Source: Protoeuglena noctilucae (Eukaryota). From it: a DNA stretch of 64,000 nt. The first letter of the stretch is position 1. Each line of letters opens with the position of its first letter. Position numbers and translations under genes: made by a program. Positions 1-12,800 of the stretch are shown here, one piece after another. The stretch lies in NCBI GenBank assembly GCA_958009085.1, contig OY253685.1, positions 620,001 through 684,000 on the forward strand, written 5' to 3'. Below the pieces are notes generated by a model. The model was not told where the DNA came from. It saw only the letters and a list, made by a program, of their open reading frames with translations, and made no database searches.

Positions 1-1911
1 GCAGTGACGGTGTGGGTGTCCGTGCGGGTGGGGTTGGTGAGGCTTGTCTAGCTCAAGCAAACAGCCCGACATTCAACCACTCCGCCATGCACTCACCGAC
101 CGTCTTGGCGTTCAGCTCCACCCGCATCTGCTGCAGCGCAGTGACAGCACGCTTGAGCACGTGGGGCGGGGGGTGGTGGGTCTCCAGGCGAGTGGGCAGC
201 TCCCTGCGATCGTGCATAGGAATGGGAACAACAGAATTAACAATATCAGTCATATTTGTATCAATCTCCACATGGTAGAGTCTTTCAACTAGCAACATAA
301 CCTCGCCTGAAGGCGTCGATGGCGGCCTGGTCAGCGTCGCGGAAGTTGTCGTGGGGGAACTCGTCGTAACGCTCCCACGTGCACTCGGAGTAGGGCCGGC
401 CGCGCCACTGTGGGAGATCCAGTGTTACTTTGTCATCACCACCGATCGCTGCAACAAACATGCAGCGGGAAACGCAACCCATTACATCTGCAGAGCGGGC
501 CCATCCATCAAACAACCCATCCGCCCCATCCAACCCAACCCCAATCTCACCTTGACCAGGAAGTACCGCACTTTGCGCTTGACCGACCGCTCGTATTCCT
601 CGGACTCGCCCAGCACGCGCTCCGCCTCCAGCCACTCGTCCTGGCACCCCAGCCCGGCCGCGAACTCCTCATCTTCCGATACCTTCTTGATGAAATTCGC
701 CACCAGCTGACGCCGCACGGGCTCCAGGTCTGCCCTCGCCACCCACCGCAGCTGGCGGTACGACCGACCCTTCACCTTCACCAAAAATGTCTCTGGCAGC
801 GAGAGCGGCTGCGCGTCCAGGATCACGTCCACCTCGTTCAGGTCCAGCTCCTCCTCCTCCCACCGCATCAGCGCAGGGGGCTCGTCGGCGGCGGGCGGTG
901 CGGCGGCATCGGCCGCGGCTTGCTCATGCCCCGCCCCCTCCTCTGCACCCTTCCCCGGCCGCCGGCCCTCCTCGATCAGAGCCCCGCTCGCGTCCCGCAG
1001 ACCCCACTCGTCGTCAAACACCTGCCGGGGCTGCAGCGCCGATCCCTGGCGCAGGGCGCGCGCGTTGCCGGCCATGTACGGCGACGTGCGGACCGTGGCG
1101 CCACCGCGCCGCGCCGGACGCGGCGAGCGGAGCGCCTCCTCGTCCCCGTCTTCATCGTTGTCATCTTCCGCATCCGCCGCGGCGCCGTCCGCCGCGCGGG
1201 GCGCGTCCCCGCGCTCGGGAGAAGCGTCCTCGTCGCGCGACGCCCCCTGCTCCGCCGCTTCCTCTGCTGTCCCGTCCGAATCGTCCCCCGCCGCAAATCC
1301 CGACCTCGCCACTTCGGCCGCGCGGCGCTGGGAGGGCTGCCGGACCGGCGCGCGCGCAGAGGCTCGCCCCGCGCGCCGGCCCCGCTTGTCCTCCGATGCG
1401 CTGGACTGCTGCCACGCGCCCTCGTCGGTGTCCTCCGAATCATCATTGACTGCAGGCCTGCGAGGCGCGGTCGGAGGACGCGCGGGGTCGCGCCGTAGAC
1501 GCGGCGCCTTTGCCGTGCCCAGCGCAACCCTGCTGTGCCTGGCGCGACTCACTCCGAGGCCGAGTCATCGTCAGACTCCTCCGAAGCGGCATCGAAGTTG
1601 TACTTTACGGGCTTCCGATCCCGGAGGGATCGCTGGGGAGCCTGGGAGCGAGCGAATCGAGTCGCGGGTTCCAAACTGCTGGGAGGGTCGATCGCCGGGC
1701 CCAGGCGCGGGGCAGGAAGCCCGGACATCATCCGGCGCCGACTGAAGGCGAGAAGGTCGCCACATCGCGCCAGTTCGCGCGCGACGCCCCTCACCTTGCG
1801 CTCCCGGGCATTCTGCCTTGCCACGCGCCCCCGGGCCCTCCTGGCCGGGCCCTCCGAGGATTCCTCGTCGACCTCCTCGATCTCCTCCGAGTCCGAGAGA
1901 TCGCGCACCAT
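1..1911 (-). CDS. Tandem chromodomain protein (CHD-remodeller-like N-terminus); spliced, 3' end runs off the window
   Basis: Acidic/basic disordered N-terminus (MVRDLSDSEE, ATG 1911), then two chromo motifs: ETFLVKVKGRSYRQLRWV and AERVLGE...YFLVK|WRGRPYSECTWE. GC-AG intron 204-306 joins AIDAFR|ELPTR. No helicase domain visible inside the window. Confidence 0.7.
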
Positions 1912-2165
1912 CCGGAGCCCCTCTCCAGGCGCTGCGCGAACACGCCGCGGCGCGGTCTGCCTGGGCTCGGGCTTCGCTCTGCTGCTGGGGTCCACTGCCT
2001 TCCGAGCGAACGCCTGTCAGTGCGCTACCAGGCTGAGGAACGGGAGGGCGCCGCGACAGCTGTTCACGCCGCAGCAAATCCCTGCGCCTGGCTGTTTCCT
2101 GCGTCCAGGCGCCACTCGTGATCTCGGGAGTTTGCGCAATCCGCCGGACAGTTCCTGCGGCAGCG

Positions 2166-4861
2166 ATGGACTCAGCCATGGACATCGACTGCCTGGACCT
2201 CGATGGCTTTGACGACGCCGAGCGGACGTTCGTCGCGGCCGCGCGGCGCAGCGCCGTGCTGAGGGAGGCGAGGCGCGCTTGCCAGCCCCGTTTGGTCACC
2301 AACGGCGTCTTTCATATGCAAGGTCTCGCTTACACAAGTAACCGATGCGCTGGGTGTTGCGCGCGCAGGTCCAGGCCCCAGCGTGCCCAGCACGACATCT
2401 TCCGCACAGCGCCGCTGCCAAGCGACCGGACCCGTACTTCCAGCATCCGCAAGCTGCTCCTCATGTCGCACCTGTGACGCAGCCGACGTCATTCCCCTCT
2501 CCCCAGGCAAGTTCGCGCGTGCATTCGCTCCAGCAGCCATGCTGACCTGCTTTCTCACTCCCCAGCTATCCTTCCCGCAGCCCGTCCCGCCCAAACGACT
2601 CATTCCTGGTCCCGCTGGCGTCCTGCAACTCGCGCGCCTCCGCGGCAAAGCCGTCGCGTCCCTCGGGGAGCTGGAAGCGCTGGCGCTCAGCCCCCACCCG
2701 GCGACCGCCGCGGCACCCGCATCCACGCCAGGCTTGACCAGGCGAGACAACAGCTAGGACAATTGTATACCTCCTCAGCAACAATGCTGGTCTTTTGCCG
2801 CTGCACACGTGCCTAAAATGCGCTGCTGCAGTCTCACTGCGCCCTTTCTCTTCACTCCCAGACCTCCCCCGGACGCGGCGTTCGAGAGCGCATCCTGGGC
2901 AGAGGGACTGCGCATCGCCGGGATCGATGCGGAGGATTTTTTCGGTGAGCTGCGATGCGGCCTATGTTGCCTCACGTTTGGCATGGGCGGAGCATACTGT
3001 AGGGGCTATACAGTCAAAATACCAGGGTACCACAGTATGCGTGGGATGTCATAGACGCCGCTCGCAGTCGACGGCACGCGTGGCCACCTGTACCCCGCAG
3101 TCGCGTCCCTAACCGTCGACTCCCGGCCCCAAAGACGGACCCCCCCTGACCCCATCTCGCGCGTGCGGAACCCCGCGTTTCCGAATGCCAACCGGGCCCG
3201 TCTCATGGTGCTGTACGTCGCGGGCGTGTTCCAGTGCGCAGCGGGAGACCTGAGGATGACGGTCAAGGTGACAACACGTGCCGAGAGCAACGTATCACGT
3301 TTAGTACTACCAATACCAAGCTGCGGCCACGCACACAACGTGCGAGCTGCTCGTAAATCTCGCAAGCATCTCATGGCCCACCCTACCCGTACCACCCCTT
3401 CTCACTCACCCACACTGGCCCATCCGCCCCCCTCGCCCACTCACCCCCACCCACCCCCACTCACCCTCCCAGGACCCGACGGGCACGATGACGGCCGCAG
3501 CGACGGCCGAGGTGGCTCGCCGCCACAAGCAGGGCCTCGCGCCAGGGGCCACGATCGTGCTTCGGGATGCCGCGGCAATCGGACTGGCGAACGCGGGCCG
3601 CCAGTATCTGTGCGTATCGCTGGGCAACGTGGTGGCGGTGGTGCCTCCGAGAGGCCACGCGGGGAGGGCAGACCTGCGGGAGTGCATGGGGCGGTTCGGC
3701 AGCCCCTCGTCGCCACGCAACAAGGTAATGGGTTGGGCGGGGGGCCGTGGATGCGGATGCAAATGCTTTTTTAGGATGCTTTTCTGCGAATGCTTTTGTT
3801 TCCAGTGTTCGCACGGCTTTGCTCTTGTCGCATATATGAGCCTTGTTATATCACCGATACTGCACCTGTATTGCTCATGATTGTCTTGAACATCTGCTCC
3901 CATGTGTATGGATGCACTCACCCTTCGGTTGCCACCCCCGCAGTCCTTCCTTCATCCAGACAGCCCCATGGCTGGCAGTGAGCTGGAGGGTACCCCTGTG
4001 CGTGACTGGGCGATGCAAGGGGCGACTCAGCACCAAAATGAGATGGGTGGTCATGACATGGCGACTCATGGGATGTGGAATCGTGGGATGGCTGCTCATG
4101 AGACGGCAAGCCACGGTCATGACATGGCGACTCATGGGATGGCGAGAGATCCACCATCGACAGCAACAGCGTGGGACCATGGGCAACCACATCCCAACCC
4201 CTGGGGCAATAACCCTCCGATGTCAGACCGGGGGTGTCAGAACGACGATGCGGGTTTCCCAGAGTTCCTTGATGCTACTTACGGGCCTGGTGCGGCACAC
4301 GAGCCGGCAGCTGGGGGCTGGCGGGGCATCGTGGGCGGTGGTCGTTGCGATGGCCTGGGGGTAACTGATACTGTGGTCGGTGCTGATGGTGGTATGGGTG
4401 TGGGGCAGGTCACAAGAGCAGGGGTTAGTATGGGGTATACTCATCATGATATCTTAGGTGATTTGGTAGGCAGTGCTGCAGTGCGCGGGGGTCACGGGGT
4501 GGGGTCTGGGTCAGGGTCGGTATTGCGAATGGACCACCCAGGGCTTGCCCATGAGGATGATAGTGATGATAATGATGGTGACGAGGACGACGGGAGCGGT
4601 TGCGAGAGCGAGGGAGGATTGGGCGCGGAGGTGGGTGATGGTGGCGGTGGTGGCGGTGGTGTGGAGCGGGGTGACGGTGCGGGGTGTAGCGATGGTGGTG
4701 GTGGTGGTGGCGGTGGTGGTGGTAGTCGACAGAGTGAGAGGGCGGTACCGGTAGCTGGCCAGGTTGGCGGCGGGGGCAGTAACAACCCACGTCAATTTGC
4801 CTCCCAAGCGTCGGGGAGCTCTGGGTACCTTTATGAGGACTCATCCCAAGGCCTGGATTGA
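2166..4861 (+). CDS. HROB: HROB/MCM8IP-like OB-fold homologous recombination protein, about 7 exons
   Basis: LIPGPAGVLQ motif, AFESASW motif, and the OB-fold segment MTVK|DPTGTMTAA...GLAPGATIVLRD...QYLCVSLGNVVAVVPP. Long Gly/Asp-rich last exon. Start codon (2166 vs 2178) uncertain. Confidence 0.72.
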
Positions 4862-4999
4862 ACACATGATGCACTGCGTATTGTCACTTGTTGAACTTGC
4901 CATCTGTGAAGCATGTATGAACATGGCATCTTCGCAATTTCAACCTCGGCCATAGTGCCGCTTGCCACCGCCCTCGCACCACACACACCACGCACACGC

Positions 5000-7900
5000 T
5001 CACACCATGCCCCGCCCCGCCTTGGCCAGCGCCCGGTCCTTGCGGCTGTGATTGGCGACGCGGGCCTTGTTCGTCTCCTTGCGGCGGTAGTTGGGCGGAC
5101 CATCGCCCCCACGCCCTCGCCCGCCCCTGCAATCACAAACGCACCGCCCATAACTCGCAACACGACGCGACAGGCGCCACTTGCCAGGCGCAACACAAAA
5201 CGCCACTTCCTGTCATGGACACACCACCTCTTATTACTTCACCACCCCTTCTTGTATGCAAACATCGCACTCGCACCAACCCACCCCACCCACACACACG
5301 CGCACCTGCCGCGCCCCCTCCCACCCCCGCCCCGCCCATCTGCCCCACCCTCCCCCTCCCCAGCACCCTCGCCCCCCCCCTCAGCAGCCGCCGCCTCTGC
5401 GGCCCTCGCTGCTGCCTCAAACACCGCACGGTTGCCCCCTGCAGGCATGCCCCCGATCATGGCCTGCTCCGCCTGGGTAGGTGAAGCAAGCGAAACGTTG
5501 TTGTACTCTCATTGCTCTTGCTATGGAAAGAACAAATCATGCACGCAATCATCCATTCACATCCAAGCGCAAATCAATTATCAAAGCACCCGTCTATTCA
5601 CAAAAATAACCAATTCCCTCACCTGTATCATCGCCTGCGCCTCGGCATGCGAGGACACCTGCACCGCCCCCTCCTTCTTGTAATTGTACACCCGCCCATC
5701 CAACAACCACACCGGCCTACCCCCACCCCCCTGCCCCCTGCCGCCCCTGCCACCTCCCCGACCCGCACCACTGGCCCCAGCAGCTCCGACAGCACCGGCA
5801 GCTGCAGCTGGGGGTTGCTCCAATCCCTGCGTTCGGGGTGCCACCCCCGAGGTCCCAGAGGGCCCAGGCGCAGGGCCAGGCGGCCTACCCTTGACACCAT
5901 CCGCCTGTGAGTGCAAGAGAGAGAGTGGTATGAGTGCAAGAGAGCGTGAGGCGGCATCGCAGGTTGCCGGTGCAACAGAGCGGCGTGCTGCAAGCATGTG
6001 TTAAGACGCTACATATGATACCTCCATACCCCACCCCACCCCCTCACCTGCCCCTCAGCCTCCGCCGCCCCATCGGCCCCCACTCCCACCGCGTCCTCAT
6101 ACGAGTCGTCGTATTCGTCCTCATATTCATCCAAATACGCCAGACTCGCCAATGTGCGCGCTTTCAGCTCCTTGTCTTTCCCTCGGTCGACCCACCGCGC
6201 CGTGCGGGCATCCACACGCCCCCGCACCTCCCGCTGCCGCTGTCTTTCTGCCTCCCTACGCAGCTCCTCCTCCACCTCCCGCTCCCGCCGCGCGCGCGCA
6301 GCCTCACGGTCCGCGATGCTGCCCTCGTACAGCGACACCCACGTCAACCGCTCTGGCCCCGCCCCAGCCCCAGCCCCCGCCCCAGCCCCAGCCCCAGCCC
6401 CCCGCGTCGCCAGGTACGCTCCCCACGTCATGTTTCGATCTAGACTGGCCGCCTCTTTCGCCAAGTCTCCCTCTAGCAGGTGGTTCATGGTCAATTCCTG
6501 GCTGCGCCCGTATCGCTCCAAACACGCTGCCAGGAACCCCAGGCCCATCCCCGGTAGCATCTCAGCGACGGACTCGGCCAATCGCATCAGCTCGGCCATT
6601 TCCGGATCCATAGACCCGGACGAGCCCGCCTCTGCACTGCCAGACCCACTTGCACCCGCCCTACCGACCCCCGACCCACTCGCACCCGCCCCACCTGCAC
6701 TAGACGCCCCCGCAGTGCGTTTCGCATCACGCGTGCTGCGAGAGGTCGGCTTCGGCGAGGCCCTTGGCGAGGCCCCGTCTGCGCTGTGCCCTCGTAGCAA
6801 TGCGATGAGATAGTCGAGTTGAGCATCGTCCATATCAGCCACACCGTCGCGAACGGCCCTGGCCACCTCAACCTCCACCCCGTAACGCACGGCGAGCGCG
6901 CGGAGGAGGTGGAGGGGCGAGGGGCGGCTGGGGGAGTGAGGGGTGTGAGGGGTGGAGGGTGCCTGGGAGCGGTGGCAGCGGGGAGGGACGGTGAGGGCGG
7001 CGAGGTGATGAGGGGCGACGTGCATGGGGTGTGGATGCAGGAAGCTGCTGTATGGTGGCTTAGAACAGAGGATGGGAACGACGGGGGCGACTAGGGTGGT
7101 TGTTATCGTAATGCAACTGGGTGCTATGACTCAGTAGCAAGCTCTCGTCCCCCACGCAGCTGCTCACCGCCGCCAGCGCTTGCAGGGCCGCCAGCAGACA
7201 CGTCCCGCGGTCCTCCGCCGTTTCTGGCAACGTCCTGGCAGAACCTGACAGCAGCTGCGCCACGGTCAGACCCGCAGGAAGGGTCACGCCCATCGCCGCC
7301 CAAGCCCCCGCTGCCGCCTCCGCATCCAGGAGCCCGTGCCGCAGCATCGCCCACGCCGCACCCTGCGCGGCGGCCACGGCGCCCGCCAGCCGCTGCGTCA
7401 GGGCTGCCGAGAGGCCACCGAGCGCGCCGTGCTTCTCCGGCGCGGGCAGGGTGGCCAACACTGCGGCAAGGACGAACAAGAAAGTCCCTTGATGAGGTAC
7501 ATGAGACTAAAACCATGAAGATGTAATGTGCGTGCAAGATGATACGAATGAGAAACGATTGATATTTGAGCCATCAGTCGCTCAGAAGGCTCACCATTTG
7601 GGAAAAGCGTGTCATGGATGGACCGAATCTCCTTCAGCAGTCCGAACGAGGGCGGGGACAGGAGGAAGACCGCGGCGGGAGGGTAGGCGCGCGCGAGGGC
7701 CAGGAGCGAGCACCCTGCGTCCGACAGATACTGCAGGGCGTCCTGGAGGGCCCGACTCAGGCGACCCGCAGCCTCGCCCCTGGCAGACTCGAGGTCTCTG
7801 CGGGCATCCGCGGACGGCGTGAGATCGCTTGCAGGATAAGCGTCTCTGATGTGCCGGCATAAGTCGCCGGGCCGCGACGCAGCGCTCGCTGCAGCGACCG

Positions 7901-8631
7901 CACCTGACCGCGACTGCAGTGCGGCTCCGGACCTCGGAGAGGTTCTCCGCAACGCGCACGGGGAGCTCCGTGAGGTCTCCCCATAGGTCCGGTCGCACCG
8001 TGAAAGCGTTGGACACGAGAAGGGCCGTGAGCTGCGCGTTGTGAGGGCCGTAGAGCGCCGCGGCATCCAAAAGCTGCGGAAGCGTCGCGAGGCGCGCGCC
8101 GGCGAGGGCGCTTCCCTGCGCTGCGGAAACTCCAGAGCTTCCCGCAGGAAACGCGCTGCTCGGGGAGACGATTCGCAGCAGGGTGGAGAAGACACGGCGC
8201 GCCAATGCCAGCCCTGCCTCCGAATCGGGAGCGGCCGCGGCGCCCGCCGCGGCGTTGGCCCGCGGATCGTGCCCACGCCTTCGATGCCGGAGGTACGAGT
8301 CGATGAAGTCCCCGAGCGACCCATCGGACTGCACGGCGGACCAGAAGGCCGCGTCGTCCAGCCGCAGCAGCGCCCCGAGCTCCTCGTTCAGGATCTCGAG
8401 CACTGCCGACGTGTCCTGCGGCATGACGAGTAGGCGTCGTTGCAGAGCGCAAGCCGGGACGACCCCGCTGCGAGTCCGCGCGACAAAACAGAGGACCTCG
8501 CTTGCCGCCGTGCTGCGAAGGGCCGGTGCCACGGCGAGCGGGGGCGGAAGGTCAGCCAGTCGCCATCGCACCTCATGACCCAAGGCATCGTTGTCGTCGG
8601 GAAGGAAGGGGGGGAAACGCCCTCGGCCCAT
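5000..8631 (-). CDS. ASCC2: Activating signal cointegrator 1 complex subunit 2 (CUE domain), spliced
   Basis: N-terminal LLRLDDAAFWSAV...FIDSYLRHRRR...LLDAAALYG; CUE domain VAEMLPGMGLGFLAACLERYG...NHLLEGDL; YEDEYDDSYE; C-terminal KETNKARVANHSRKDRALAK. Confidence 0.88.
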
Positions 8632-8959
8632 TCCCCAGCCGGCCGGTGTGCAAAGAGGACTGTCCTGTTCGCCGCGAGACAAGCCGTCCGCAAATCCTGT
8701 CGCACCGAAGGCTTGCGTCTGAATTGCTGGGTCTGGCAGGTGCTGAAAGAACTGAAAACTCGCATCAGCTCACGTGCCTGGCGCCGACACTGCTTGATGG
8801 AAGCGTGCAGTGAATGAGCCAGAGACTCTCGTGCCTAGGCAGAACCACGCATGCACGTCGGTGCCGTGGATCGGCTCATGGCTGGCTACAGCGCGAGGTA
8901 GCCCCCACTTAACTCGTTTTCCCAGCTCTCGACCGTCCCCGAGCTCGCATGGGTCCATC

Positions 8960-9445
8960 ATGTCCAAGTCGTGTAAAGGCCTAATTACAGACTTCGTCAA
9001 GTGCATTATGGAGGCAAGAGGGGGTCGCCCCGCGGCTCCGCACTGGGCATGATGCTCGCCGCGCTTTGGATGCCTGATGAGCGCCGTGGAATTGGGAATA
9101 GATCGGCAATTTGGCGCGGCTGACGAGAAATTGCTCATGTTTACGCAGTCTGAATGTTATAGGAGCGGCGGGACGCTGGACGGGTGCAAGCTGAAGGTCG
9201 TGAAGGAGAACCAGGAGTGCGAGGCGCTGAGGCGAGGCTGGGGCCAGCATTCGCTCTGCGCGAGCATGCAGCGTATCATACCCGCACGTATGTCTTCCTC
9301 GCGCCTGTCGATCGTGGCTAGGGCGCAGCGCATCGCTAACCCTGGCGCACGCGGCGCTTTTCCATGCAGGCAGGGGGTGTTTGCGTGCCGGAGGGGCCAG
9401 CTCGACGCTAGGAATCGCATCCGAGGGAACAAGGGATACTGGTGA
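8960..9445 (+). CDS. PET191: Cytochrome c oxidase assembly factor PET191/COA5; exons 8960-9013, 9149-9231, 9370-9445
   Basis: Spliced product MSKSCKGLITDFVKCIME|SECYRSGGTLDGCKLKVVKENQECEALR|QGVFACRRGQLDARNRIRGNKGYW has the twin-Cys pattern and the family C-terminus C(K/R)RGQxDxRxRIRGNKGY. Both introns are GC-AG. Confidence 0.9.
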
Positions 9446-9815
9446 GGCTCGCGTGTGGTCGCAAGCGTGGCATTCGTGGCATTCGTGGCATTCGCGGTCG
9501 GCAATGCGTGTGACCCGTTTCTCCTCTCCGCAGACGCGTCTCTCAGCCGCAGACAAGATGCAGCGCGTGAGGACGTACGTTCGTGGCCATCCGGCTCTCG
9601 TGAGCCAGTGTGGCGCCTTCATTCGCCTGCGGCATCGCCTGGCGGGATGTCCCTTCCACAGCGTCCCGGCCCACGCTGGGGGCGGTCCAGGCGAGCGGCG
9701 CTTGCGCGGTTATGTGGTGTGGTTGATACTAATGATGCTGAAGTCTTATGCGACCGATGGCGGGAGTCGGGATGTCGCTTCGCCGCGACCGCAGGGGCCG
9801 ACGCATCTCCCAGTG

Positions 9816-12800
9816 ATGGTGCTGCGCCTGGCGGCGGCGCTCCCGCGCGCGGCGGACGGCGGCTCATGGATGCCAAGCAAGTGCTTGCTGCGGAACAGAG
9901 CGCGTGGTATCCCCCGCCCGCCGCGCGGGGGCCGGAGGCGCCGGCTGCATCGGAGGATGTGCTTGACAGCACGGGTGCGTCCGCCCCGCGCCCCTCGGGC
10001 CACCGCAGCCGCTCAGCGTGGTGCGCATTCCTCCATTACCTTTGTCACTTGCGTTTGCAGACGACGAGTCGCTCTCGGATCGGCTCCTGGACGTGGAGGG
10101 CCTGCTGAAAGCCCCGGGCATGGACGGCGACCCGCGCGTGCGCGCGGCGATCGAGTCCGGCCGGGCCGACATGGAGAGCGTACTTCAGGCCTTCCCTTTC
10201 GAGCTCGACGCGTTCCAGCAGCAGGCGGTGCGGGAGCTGCTGGATGGACGCTCAGTCGTGGTTTGCGCCCCGACGGGCGCCGGGAAGACGGCGATTGCCG
10301 AGGCAGCGGCCATCGCCTGCCTCGCGATGGGCCAGCGCGCCATCTACACCACGCCGCTCAAGGCCCTCAGGCGAGCGGCGGCGCACAGAAGGAGCACGGT
10401 GGGCGTTTCCTTCCCGCCCAGCGCAACTCGCTGTCCGCAACTTGCCGAGCGACGCATCTAGTGTATCCAAACTGCATCTACTGTAACCAAATGTGACTGT
10501 TGAAGCTCTCTGGTGGCGCCCGCAGCAACCAGAAGCTGTTTGAGATGCGCGCGCGGTTCGGTTCCGACCGCCTGGGCCTTCAGACGGGCGACATCTCGCT
10601 CAACAACGAGGCCGACATCACGATCATGACCACGGAGATCCTCCGCAACATCATGTATCGCATCCAGGTCGAGCGGCAGCGCGGCGGCGACGCGACCTCG
10701 GCTGCGGCGTCCACCAGCCTGCCGCCGGCTGTGGCGACCCAGATGCTCAGCGGCGGATCCTCAGCTCGCCTGGACGACGTCGGGCTCATCGTTCTCGACG
10801 AGGTGCACTACCTGGGGGACCCCTACAGGCGAGCGCGGGCGTGTCACAGCTGTTCGCTTATCTTGCAAAGCTGCGTCTGGTTCTTTAAGCTACATCTTTT
10901 CAACTATTCCTCTTAATAATAAATTGCATTGCGCCCGCGCAGGGGCACGGTGTGGGAGGAGGTCCTGATCAACTGCCCCAAGCACGTCCGCATCCTGGCC
11001 ATGTCGGCCACCGTCCGCAACCCCGACGAGCTCGGGAGCTGGATCAACGACATCCACGGGGACTGCAGCACTGTCAAGACAAGCAAGCGGCCCGTGCCGC
11101 TACTCTGGCGAGTCGGCGGCGAGATTGCAGACGTGCCCTGCACTTGCAGGCAGCAGCGCATCGCTTGCGCAGTGGGTGTGCGGGGAAGGATACCCCTGCT
11201 TACTTCCTTGCTTGTACTATCTACCATTCGTTTCCTCCTTCATTCAGCACTCGATTGCTTTGCGAACAGCTCTCGCACAAGGCTTGTGCTTATCTACAAC
11301 CCAGGGTGCATATCGAAGAAGTGCAGATCCCCTTCTCCCCTACTCGTAGGCAGTTCTGCATGAGGGAGGGCCGCCGCACACGAATGGTCCCCCTGCTCGC
11401 GCCGTCGGGGCGGCAGCTGAGCCGGGAGCTGAGGGCCCCGCAGGACAGACTGCGCGAGCTGGTCGAGGTGAGGGCATGGAGTGGGCGCATTCGTAATGCA
11501 TGGGTAACGACGATTGTCTCGTCGCATTGACAATGACGCTGCCTGCGGTGGGTATGAGTGGCTGCTTCTGCCATGTTGTTATAACTTATTTTTACCGCAG
11601 GAAGCGGGTGGCAGCTGGCAGGAGTGGCGGGGACTGCGGTTCAAGGGCGACGGTCAGGGGCGAATTGAGGACGGGGGCAAGCCATGGAGCCTGTTTGACG
11701 AGCGCATGGCCGAGGTGAGAGTAGCTTTTATTGAGTGAGATGGATCACCCAGGGGCTTGATTGACGACCGCATGGGCGAGGTGAGAGAGTAGCTATGGGT
11801 ATCTATGCTAGTTTGCCCAAAAACGCGTTTGACTGTCATCCACGTCACCCTTTCTATTCCTCAGATGGTAGTACTATCTAAATCAGACACATCTATATCG
11901 AAGCACACAATAATGCCGCTCCCATCCCCGACTCCTCATCTAAGCACACGTCCCTGTCTCCCTCATTTCACTCCCCAGGCCCCCATCATGCGCTCCGCCC
12001 GAACAAACATGTTTGTCGTACCCCCATTCCTTTTCTAAGACCCCTATGTCACCCTCATCTCACTCCCCTCTGTCCAAACACACAACCCTGTCGCCCTCAT
12101 CCCCTTTCCATACCCACACACACCCCTATCACCCTCACCCCCAGGCCCCCACCATGCGGTCCGTCCCCCCCATGGACGATGTGATCGAGGAGCTCCGTTC
12201 CCGACAGATGCTGCCCGCCATTTGGTTCGTGTTCTCCCGGAAGGGGTGTGACGCGGCGGCCGCGCAGATCGCCAGGGACTGCCGGGCGCTGGTGACGGAG
12301 GCAGGTGAGAGAGTGGATGAGTAAAGATGGCAGGGCGCTGGGTCATGGTACGATGTGATTGAGAGAAGGCAGTTGCAGGGCATTGGTTATTGCACCTAGA
12401 CTCCGACATTGTCGTTACTTTTGCCATCAACACCCTCGTTGAGACCCCACTCATCAACTCCAGCCCCACCACTCGCACCCAGAGCGCCGCGCGATCGAGG
12501 CGGAGGTGTCGCGCGTCCGGGAGACGCAGCCCGAATGCCTGCGCCCCGACGTGGTCGGCCTGCTGAGTCAGGGCATCGCGTCGCACCACGCGGGGTGCCT
12601 GCCGGGATGGAAGGCGCTGGTGGAGAGGCTCTTCCAGCGAGGGCTGGTGAAGGTCGTCTTTGCCACCGACACGCTCGCCGCCGGCATCAACATGCCCGCC
12701 AGGACCACCGGTGCGGAAGCGATGCGATCTGTTTATGATGTATGGTTGTTGACATGGCTCGCTGGGTTTGGTCGATATCATGTTTGATCCATCCGACCCC

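Noticed and set aside
6355..6402. (GCCCCA)n repeat in ASCC2 and similar Gly/Ala, Asp or Asn runs (about 4690-4725, 14280-14350, 48485-48525)
   Set aside because: Ordinary low-complexity coding microsatellites in disordered regions.
9466..9493. (CGTGGCATT)x3 after the PET191 stop codon
   Set aside because: Short simple tandem repeat in a UTR with no further structure.
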